From: Chlamydiota bacterium
GTDB taxonomy: Bacteria; Auribacterota; Tritonobacteria; UBA1439
DNA length: 13,884 nucleotides
Reading direction: 5' to 3'
Assembly (NCBI GenBank): GCA_037133055.1
Contig: JBAXOY010000085.1
Span: forward strand, 1-13,884
Part shown: in pieces, positions 6,917 through 13,884 of the stretch
How positions within the stretch are numbered: position 1 is the stretch's first letter
Layout: the number at the start of each line of letters is the position of its first letter
Program-made: the position numbers and the translations under genes
Notes under the pieces: generated by a model
Told to the model about the DNA's origin: nothing
The model's input: the letters and a program-made list of their open reading frames with translations, nothing else
The model's database searches: none

Positions 6917-7576
6917 GTGCGAAAGGCGATCAGGGAATTCGTATCGATTGTTGCCGCTTCGCTGCCGGTCCCCGACCCGATTTACGAGTTCGGATCCCTG
7001 CTCCTCCCGGGGCAGGGCGAGATTGCGGATTTACGGCTGTTGTTTCCCGGACGGGCCTACGTGGGAGTCGATATGCGCAAGGGCCCGGGCGTGGACAGGG
7101 TATTGGATCTGCATGACATCGCGCTGCCCGGCGAGTCCGTGGGGACCGCGCTGTGCCTCGATACGCTCGAGCACGTCGAATTTCCCCACCGCGCAATGGC
7201 GGAGATCTGCCGCGTCGTGGCGCCCGGGGGGATCGCGGTGATCAGCAGCGCCATGTATTTTCCCATACACGACTTTCCCCGCGACTATTGGCGCTTCACC
7301 CCGGAGGGGTTCAGATCGCTGCTCGGGCCGTTCCCCGATGCATTCGTCGGACATTACGGGGCCATGGACTTTCCCAACGGGGTGCTGGGAATAGGGTTCA
7401 AAGGGCCCGCCCCGCCGCTGGATGGGTTCATCGCGAAATATGAGGAATGGCGATCTCGTTATGAGGTTGTCGGCGGGGAGTCCGGGTTCAAGCGGATGGT
7501 GAAACTCATCACGCCCCCCGTGCTGTATCCGATCTTCGCCCCGATATACCGGACGTTAAAACCGGGACGCACCTGA
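6917..7576 (+). CDS. Class I SAM-dependent methyltransferase (glycan-locus type)
   Basis: IYEFGS, YVGVDM..GPGVD.V.D, C.DTLEHV..P, RVVAPGG and H.FP.DYWRFTPEG. Start placed at GTG 6917, because the longer ORF extension runs through the repeat region. Confidence 0.85.
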   Translation: MRKAIREFVSIVAASLPVPDPIYEFGSLLLPGQGEIADLRLLFPGRAYVGVDMRKGPGVDRVLDLHDIALPGESVGTALCLDTLEHVEFPHRAMAEICRVVAPGGIAVISSAMYFPIHDFPRDYWRFTPEGFRSLLGPFPDAFVGHYGAMDFPNGVLGIGFKGPAPPLDGFIAKYEEWRSRYEVVGGESGFKRMVKLITPPVLYPIFAPIYRTLKPGRT

Positions 7577-7595
7577 TGTCCCGAGCCCCCCGCAT

Positions 7596-9146
7596 ATGAC
7601 CGAACTCAAGGAAAAGATCAGCAGAAACACCGCCTTCACCTTCCTCTCCCACTTCCTGAAGATCGCGGTCGGCTTTGTCCTCCTCCCCTATATCGTCTCG
7701 ACGATCGGAAGGGAGCGGTTCGGCCTCTGGGTGATCGTGGCCGTGATCACCCAGTACTTCGGCCTCGCCGATCTGGGGATAGCCCACCCGCTCTCGAAGT
7801 ACATCGCGGAGTACTACGCCAAGCGGGACTTCGCGCGGCTCAACCAGGTGGTGTCGACCGGCTTCGCCTTCTATGCCGCCTTCGGGGCCGTCATCCTCGC
7901 CCTCGTCTACTCGATGAGCGGCCTCTTCCTCCGGATGTTCACGTTCTCCCCCGACCTGTATCCGGACGCCCTCTTCGCCCTCAGGATCGGCGTGTTGATC
8001 TTCGTGCTCGAACTCATCGCGAGCTGCATCACCTCCGTACTGCGGGGGCTCCAGAGGATAGACGTGACGCGCAAGGTGCAGATGCTCTACGTGGTCATCA
8101 ACGCGCTCGGGACCGTGTTCGTCCTCAGGCGGGGGTACGGCCTCCGCGGCCTCTTCGTGAACGACCTCGCCAGCTTCCTCATCACCTCCTCCATCGAGAT
8201 AGGGATCTCCTTCGCCGCGCTCCCGCAGCTCAGGATCGCCCGGAGATTCCTCTCCGCGGCGATGTTCAAACGGCTCTTCAGCTTCGGCATCCGCGTGCAG
8301 GCGAGCCGGTTTTCCACGCTGATCGGGTTCCAGCTCGACAAGGTGCTGATAGGCTACTTCCTGTCCGTGGGCCTGGTGACCTTCTACGAGATCGGCGCGA
8401 AGGTCTCCTTCGGCCTCCGCCAGCTCTCGCTCCTCGTCTTCCCGATCCTCGTCCCCGCGTTCTCGGAGATGGGCGTGCACCGGTCCAGGGGCGAGGTCTA
8501 CGCCTTCGCCGTGCGTCTGACCAAGATCCTCTCCTTCGCCGCGGTCCCGTGCACCGCGTTCATGATTTTCGCCGCGCCGCGGTTCATCACGGCGTGGATG
8601 GGCCCCGGCTACGGGCTCGCCGCCGGGGTCACCCAACTGCTCTCGATCGGCTACCTCACGGACATCCTTCCCCTGATCCTTTACGCCGTCATGCAGGGGA
8701 TGGAGCGGCCGCACTTCCAGATGTGGACCTCGTTCATCTTTTCCGCCAGCAACCTCGTCCTCAGCATCGTCCTGATCCGCTGGATCGGCTTCATGGGCGC
8801 CCCCCTCGGGACCTGCATCTCCATGATCATCGCCCCCGCCTATTTCGTCTGGGCCGTGCACCGCCTCTACTTTCACGCGCCGCTCATGCCGGCCCTCCGG
8901 AGCACGCTTCTCAAGCCCTGCGCCGCGAGCGTGCTCGGGCTGATCCCGGTAGTCGCCTGCAACCACGCGCCGTCGCTCCTCCAGTCCGCTCCCTCCCGCC
9001 TCATGAACCTCGCCGTGCTCTCGCTCCAGGGGATTTTCTTCTTCGCGGCGTACCTCCTCCTCGCCCGGATCCTCCGCTACTTCTCGCGCGACGAGAAGGC
9101 GGTGATCGGGCAGTACGTGACGTGCGCGCGCCTCCTGATCGGGTAG
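7596..9146 (+). CDS. Wzx/MOP-superfamily polysaccharide flippase
   Basis: 516 aa with many hydrophobic helices; KISRNT, P.I...IG.ERFGLW, DLGI, DKVLIGYFL...V.FY.IG and GF.GA.LG motifs. Confidence 0.9.
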   Translation: MTELKEKISRNTAFTFLSHFLKIAVGFVLLPYIVSTIGRERFGLWVIVAVITQYFGLADLGIAHPLSKYIAEYYAKRDFARLNQVVSTGFAFYAAFGAVILALVYSMSGLFLRMFTFSPDLYPDALFALRIGVLIFVLELIASCITSVLRGLQRIDVTRKVQMLYVVINALGTVFVLRRGYGLRGLFVNDLASFLITSSIEIGISFAALPQLRIARRFLSAAMFKRLFSFGIRVQASRFSTLIGFQLDKVLIGYFLSVGLVTFYEIGAKVSFGLRQLSLLVFPILVPAFSEMGVHRSRGEVYAFAVRLTKILSFAAVPCTAFMIFAAPRFITAWMGPGYGLAAGVTQLLSIGYLTDILPLILYAVMQGMERPHFQMWTSFIFSASNLVLSIVLIRWIGFMGAPLGTCISMIIAPAYFVWAVHRLYFHAPLMPALRSTLLKPCAASVLGLIPVVACNHAPSLLQSAPSRLMNLAVLSLQGIFFFAAYLLLARILRYFSRDEKAVIGQYVTCARLLIG

Positions 9147-9165
9147 CGCCGGTTACACGCCCGGA

Positions 9166-9189
9166 GGGGGTGTTCGGAGCAACACTCCC
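9166..9189 (+). terminator. Hairpin downstream of the flippase
   Basis: 9-bp stem GGGGGTGTT/AACACTCCC (one G-U pair) with a 6-nt loop; no U-tract. Confidence 0.4.
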
Positions 9190-9382
9190 GGCATAGGTTC
9201 ACCCCGGCACACCCGGCACAATTTCGCTCCTCTCGGTGCTCCCCTGATGCGCATATATCGATTCAAACGCCAATTTGAATTTGATATGTTAGATGCGATA
9301 TGGATGGCTATACTATATATTTGGAGACAATATAAACCATAGTTGGAATGGAAAAACGCTGACACAAAAGGAGGAACTACCT

Positions 9383-10024
9383 ATGAATTCCATGAAACAA
9401 CATATCCCCCCAGAATGTTTTAATGAATCCGCCGTTGCTATATATATTATTACCCCTGACCATAAAGTGATTTTCTGGAATAAAGCATGTGAAGTATTGA
9501 CAGGTATAACTTCACCTGAAATATTGAATACTACAAATCATTGGCAGCCATTTTATAAAGAACATCGCCCATGCCTCGTTGATATAGTAATTGATGGAAC
9601 GTATTCTTATTTACCTGAATTGTACGTAAAATATGGAAAATCAAAGCTCTCTCCCGAAGGGATAAACGCGGAGAGATGGTATGAAAGATTAGGAGGCAAA
9701 AAACGTTACATGATTTTTGACGCCGTCCCGGTATTCAACTCCTCAGGGGAGCTATTGGCTGCCATTGAAACTCTTCATGACCAGACCGAATCAAAGCACA
9801 TTGATCGTGAGAAAGAAAATATAATTTCCGAACTCAACAGTACTATTTCGAAGAATACTTCACTAAAAGGTTTTGTTAGTGTGTGCGCATATTGCAAGGA
9901 CATACGAAACAAAGATGGTGTCTGGATGGCCCTTGAAAAATACTTTAAGGATAAAAGCGATCTGCAATTTAGTCACGGTATTTGTCCAAAATGCACGCAG
10001 AAGCTTTTTCCTGTTTTTTATTGA
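9383..10024 (+). CDS. PAS-domain protein with C-terminal CxxC...HGICxxC metal-binding-like domain
   Basis: RBS AAGGAGG before ATG 9383. PAS motifs (VIFWNKACEVLTG, FDAVPVFNSSGELLAAIETLHD). C-terminus LKGFVSVCAYCKDIR...W...E.YF......FSHGICPKC. Visibly AT-rich. Confidence 0.88.
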   Translation: MNSMKQHIPPECFNESAVAIYIITPDHKVIFWNKACEVLTGITSPEILNTTNHWQPFYKEHRPCLVDIVIDGTYSYLPELYVKYGKSKLSPEGINAERWYERLGGKKRYMIFDAVPVFNSSGELLAAIETLHDQTESKHIDREKENIISELNSTISKNTSLKGFVSVCAYCKDIRNKDGVWMALEKYFKDKSDLQFSHGICPKCTQKLFPVFY

Positions 10025-10248
10025 TACAACGGGATTAAAATGTCATTCAAGCAAATGGTTCAAAGCGGACGTGGCAGCAAGAATAGAGTCCGTGCCCTAC
10101 GTTCATTCTCTGGAAACGTTATTGTGTGAGTCTCTGCTGTATGGAAATACGGTGGTAGCGCAGGTTACCGTACGTTTATCGGAACGCAGGGTCCGAAGAG
10201 CGGGCGAATCGGACTCTGCGACTCGCAGAGAGAAAGGAGGGAGCCGGC

Positions 10249-10386
10249 ATGAGAAAAATAACCGTACTGGCGCTGCTTCTGGTCGTCGCACTGACGGCCG
10301 GGTGCAGAATGATCAAGGGAGCGGGGCAGGATATAGAAGCGGGAAGCGACGCAACCAGGGATAAGGTTCACGACATAACCCACTAG
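10249..10386 (+). CDS. Entericidin EcnA/B-like small lipoprotein (45 aa; not in the ORF track)
   Basis: RBS AAGGAGG. Translation MRKITVLALLLVVALTAGCRMIKGAGQDIEAGSDATRDKVHDITH, with lipobox TAGC followed by GAGQDI. Confidence 0.85.
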   Translation: MRKITVLALLLVVALTAGCRMIKGAGQDIEAGSDATRDKVHDITH

Positions 10387-10471
10387 GCGCGCGGCGCACA
10401 CACGGGGTGTGTCGGGCCGGGGGGCCTGCGATCCGGTTCGTCGCCGGGGTGCGGCAGAAGGAGAAACAACA

Positions 10472-10621
10472 ATGCTGGAAACACTGATCGTCCTCTTGAT
10501 CCTCCTCTGGCTTGTCGGGTTGCTTTCCTCGTACACGGCGGGCGGGTTGCTTCACCTGCTGCTGGTCATCGCGGTCGTGGTGATAGTGATCCGTGTCCTT
10601 CAAGGTCGAAAGGTCTTATAA
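10472..10621 (+). CDS. lmo0937-like small membrane protein (49 aa)
   Basis: RBS AAGGAGA. Translation MLETLIVLLILLWLVGLLSSYTAGGLLHLLLVIAVVVIVIRVLQGRKVL matches the LW..G....GG..H.LL pattern. Confidence 0.85.
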   Translation: MLETLIVLLILLWLVGLLSSYTAGGLLHLLLVIAVVVIVIRVLQGRKVL

Positions 10622-10643
10622 GCGGCTCCCGCATAAGAGCCGC
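10622..10643 (+). terminator. Intercistronic hairpin
   Basis: 7-bp stem GCGGCTC/GAGCCGC directly after the stop codon. Confidence 0.4.
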
Positions 10644-10750
10644 AGCGTGATGCGATCGTTCAACCCCGGCGGTTCCAGCGAAAGGAGGCCATAAGGTTTA
10701 TTGCGTGAGATCGTGCATGAGTATACGTGACACAGACAAGGAGGATAGCG

Positions 10751-10942
10751 ATGGATTTAGTATCATTGGTGGTAACCCTGATCGTCGTCGGCGTGTTGCT
10801 GTGGCTGGTCAACACGTATATACCGATGGACGCAAAGATCAAGCAGATTTTGAACATTGTAGTCGTCATTGCGGTGGTTCTCTGGCTGCTGCGCGTGTTC
10901 GGCGTGCTGGGCGACGTTCACACCATCCACGTCGGGAGATAA
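10751..10942 (+). CDS. Thivi_2564-like small two-helix membrane protein (63 aa)
   Basis: RBS AAGGAGG. Sequence LIVVGVLLWLVNTYIPMDAKIKQILNIVVVIAVVLWLL. Confidence 0.85.
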   Translation: MDLVSLVVTLIVVGVLLWLVNTYIPMDAKIKQILNIVVVIAVVLWLLRVFGVLGDVHTIHVGR

Positions 10943-10945
10943 GCG

Positions 10946-10970
10946 CCTCCCCGTCGTTCTCTCGGGGAGG
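10946..10970 (+). terminator. Intercistronic hairpin
   Basis: 8-bp stem CCTCCCCG/CGGGGAGG just after the stop codon. Confidence 0.4.
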
Positions 10971-11047
10971 AGTGGGGTGGTAAGCCGCCTCACAACGGAT
11001 CGGAGCGGACGCGCGCGGTCAACCCACATCAAACAAAGGAGGCGTGT

Positions 11048-11350
11048 ATGGCATCACGTATGGTCATTGCATTGGTGCTGGCCCTCGCTATCGCCATGTG
11101 GTGTTTCCCGGGGCCAACGCCCGTTCGGGCGCAGGGGGCTCAATACGGGCAGGATCTCAAAGAGGCGGGGAAGGACCTGGGCGAGGCGAACAAGGAGGCA
11201 TTCAAACCCAGCGACGGCAAGGATCGCAACATCGCCGAAAAGGTGGGGCACGCCGGGAAAGAGTCCGGCAAGGGGACCGGCCGCTTCTTCAAGGGTTTCG
11301 GCAGAGCGACAAGGGACTTTTTTAAAGGTATCTTCGGCGGGAAAAAGTGA
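11048..11350 (+). CDS. Small secreted hypothetical protein with LEA/CsbD-like amphipathic composition
   Basis: RBS AAGGAGG, signal peptide ending VRA, and a G/K/E/A-rich helical body ending FFKGFG..T.DFFKGIFG. Confidence 0.8.
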   Translation: MASRMVIALVLALAIAMWCFPGPTPVRAQGAQYGQDLKEAGKDLGEANKEAFKPSDGKDRNIAEKVGHAGKESGKGTGRFFKGFGRATRDFFKGIFGGKK

Positions 11351-11391
11351 GCGGAAAACGGTTTGTATCTGCGCATGCACGCGCGAGTACG

Positions 11392-11422
11392 AGGGGGGAT
11401 ATACATCCCCCCTTCTTTATTG
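11392..11422 (+). terminator. Rho-independent terminator
   Basis: AGGGGGGAT-ATAC-ATCCCCCCT stem followed by TCTTTATT, between convergent genes. Confidence 0.7.
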
Positions 11423-13480
11423 AAGATAGCGCGATTGATCCGGGGCTGTCGGTGCATGCGAGGAGCCTGTCCGAGTAATGGGCGCCGGCGCGCCTCCCGT
11501 GTCGATCCGGACAAAGCTGATGCAGCCGGGATGCACCGCGCAGGCGAGCGGCGCCTTCTCTCCTCCGGGCAGGCTCACCTGAATGCGCACCGTGCCCTCG
11601 ATCTCCTTTCCCTGCGAAGGACCCGCCGTGCCGGCCGCCTTCCCCCATCCGAAGGATCTCCCCGCCCCGCGTACCAGCGGCACGGGGTTCAGCAGTTGTG
11701 TCCGCTCCCGAAGTCCGGTCATCATATCGAGACTCTCGGGGTTCCCACCACGCTCAAACAGCCGGTTTATCCCGGGGATCACCCTGGTAATATCAAGCAA
11801 GCGCGCGCGCTCCCTCACTCCTTCACGGAAGCCGAATTCCTTGAAGTACCCTATCCAGACAATCGTCCCGTTCTCGCTGTTATAATAGCGTCCCGTGACC
11901 GTGACATTGTCCGATTGCCCCATCCTGTATGCGCTGAGCCTGTCCATCTTTGCGCCCGGGTCGGCGAATGATAGTTCGATCATAAACTGTGTGAGCGTGC
12001 CGGTATCCCGCGCCAGGTCGCGCGTAATCGCCTTCCAATCGCGCGCGATAAAATTCAGGATGTACGGGTACGCGGGATTCCCCTTGACCATATACGCCGC
12101 GCCGTACTTCCTCCCTCCGAGCCCCCATACCCTCTTCTCTGGAAAGTGCATGACTTTGAGCGGCACCACCACGCGCTTCGGCAATGTCCGGCGCTCCACC
12201 TCTTCAAGGCGCGGGTGACCGCCGCCGGCATCTTGTACCCTCACACGCGTGTAGGAGTGCCCGCTGAGGTGCGCGGATGGCTGATCCACGATCCCGTCGT
12301 CGGCCACGCCGTTTGCGCCCACGATGAAGATCGTCTGTAACGGCGGGAAGGCTTAGCCTTGCTCCGCGTATTCACGGGCGAGCGTTTCGATTCTCTCCAG
12401 CTGCTGGGTTGTTCCCACCTCGTTCTGCTGAATCTGGTGGTATTCCCTTCCGACGATAAAGCGCCTCACGAACGGCATCCACTTCATGAGATTTATGGCG
12501 TCGTTCGCATCCGGTGAGCCGAACAGAGAGGCGGCGGTCGCGATGAAATACGGCTCCACGTCCAGCAGGTCGCGGTACTGCGCGTAGGTGATGTAGAACT
12601 GCTTCTCCTTCTCTTTCTCCGCTTTCGACATTACTATGCGCGAGGCTGCATACTCCCGCAATTTCTCGTACCGTTTCGGATAGTACAGGCTTTCGATCCC
12701 CTCGAATTTCTTCATGCCCGGGTACCCGCTCGACGGGTCGACGAGGTACCGCAGGAGCTTGTCCATCTGCGTGTCGAGTTCCTTCTCCATGCGCTCATAG
12801 AAGCGCTTGATCGGAGGGCTTGTTTTGAAAGGCTCCTCGTTTTCCACCCTGATGGTCTTTAGTGCAATGAAGTTATCGAGGGCGTTTATCCAATCCTGGA
12901 ACTCCGGATCCTTCTGGAGCGCGCCCCACTCGGCGCCGAACTCCTTCACTCTGGCTTCATACTCTTTCTTGAAGTCGATAAAAATGCGTCTCGATATCTG
13001 TCTCATGACGACGCCGCCCTGACTGAAACCGATAAGGACTAGCCTTTTTACCGGGGGGGCGCCATGCGCGGTGCGCCGGTCATTTTCGGCCTCGAGCTCG
13101 CGGACGATCGCAGGGCCGACGCGTGTCGATGCGATTGAGAGTTCGGGGGAATAGAGCGCGGCCTTCATGGAAACCGGGTCTTCCGGGGTGTCATAGGTAA
13201 TGATGCGGCAGGGAATCCCTTCGGCGGCGAGCATCTCCACCAGGCGGCCGAAATGCTGCTGCTGGGTAATGCGTACGCCCGAGAGGGCCAACCCGGGGAT
13301 GGCGAGAACGAGCGGAGCATCAGGCGCTGGCTGCGCGGGATAGATGCCATCCTGCGGCGGCATCTTCTGAAGATCGATGGTCGTACATCCCGCGAAAAAG
13401 GCAAAACACACGACCATGCACGCGCGCAGCATCTCGCGTGGTGCAGGCGCCATCAATCTTTCGGGAGATCCGTGTGCCAT
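11417..13480 (-). pseudogene. Alpha/beta-hydrolase (lipase-like) lipoprotein gene interrupted by an in-frame TAA at 12353-12355
   Basis: ORFs 12353..13495 and 11417..12322 are in the same frame, joined by the open codons AFPPLQTIFI. Lipobox FAGC, IPGL and GFSQGG lie in part 1; DDGIV and a candidate His (MHFP) lie in part 2. Start uncertain (13480, 13453 or 13432). Confidence 0.75.
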
Positions 13481-13613
13481 AGAGAAACAGTCCAACGAAT
13501 ATAATGCCGCAATTGTTACTCGTTGGCCTCACGGATGCGGATTGAGCGGTGCGCCGCCCGACCGTTTATGCCGGGGTGAGAGACATAACTTCAGCGCCAC
13601 GCTGCACACAGCG

Positions 13614-13694
13614 TCACTTCGAAAATAACTTGATGCACCCGGACGCAATTACCGCCGTGAGGACAACCATGATGCTCCAAATGACTTTCCTCAT
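13614..13694 (-). CDS. 26-aa ORF with lipoprotein signal (micro-lipoprotein or gene remnant)
   Basis: Strong SD GGAGGTG. Translation MRKVIWSIMVVLTAVIASGCIKLFSK*. Confidence 0.45.
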   Translation of the reverse strand: MRKVIWSIMVVLTAVIASGCIKLFSK

Positions 13695-13744
13695 CACTCA
13701 CCTCCCCTTATCTCCTTCATGCACTTCCTTCAAGTCATTCTCTC

Positions 13745-13764
13745 AAAAAAGGCACGTCCGTGCC
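13745..13764 (-). terminator. Putative intrinsic terminator
   Basis: Minus strand reads GGCAC-GGAC-GTGCC-TTTTTT; the stem is short (5 bp). Confidence 0.45.
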
Positions 13765-13884
13765 ATGGCGATTTCCTCTTTTCTTGACGGTCTTCCACCT
13801 TGCCAATTCCCATGAACCGGACCGTGCCTGGTGACGTAAACTCTTTTATGCAAATTCAAGATAGGGGCTCCTGTGGAGTGAGGC

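Noticed and set aside
7509..8966. 485-aa minus-strand ORF
   Set aside because: Antisense shadow of the hydrophobic flippase gene.
9212..9228. Sigma54 promoter reading of CGGCACAATTTCGCT
   Set aside because: GG-to-GC spacing is 9 nt rather than the required 10, and the other copies of the motif lack the GC.
12353..12355. Selenocysteine/pyrrolysine or alternative genetic code
   Set aside because: The codon is TAA, not TGA or TAG, and all three stop codons terminate other genes in the window.
13700..13884. Known riboswitch upstream of the minus-strand terminator
   Set aside because: I could not recognise any aptamer consensus, and the region is cut by the window end.

Overview
GC-rich bacterial chromosomal window. 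Left part: the 3' portion of dnaE (DNA polymerase III alpha), a PlsC-type acyltransferase and, convergently, a full-length archaeal-type Hel308/Hjm (Ski2-like) helicase. Middle: a Pro/Tyr-rich secreted protein with a sigma54-like promoter, mobB, an FmdB-type zinc-ribbon gene, a SAM methyltransferase and a Wzx-type flippase. Right part: an AT-rich PAS plus Cys-motif gene, four tiny membrane/secreted protein genes (entericidin-like, lmo0937-like, Thivi_2564-like, LEA/CsbD-like), an alpha/beta-hydrolase lipoprotein gene split by one in-frame TAA, and a 26-codon lipobox ORF. The most striking signals are non-coding. A 184-bp MITE with GTAA-ended 13-bp terminal inverted repeats and an 8-bp target duplication sits exactly in the former fmdB-like/mobB overlap. 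A ~480-bp nested palindrome is bracketed by a 14-bp direct repeat that recurs 2.4 kb later. Several intergenic elements are built from 7-10-bp periodic arms. All calls come from reading motifs; no database searches were run.
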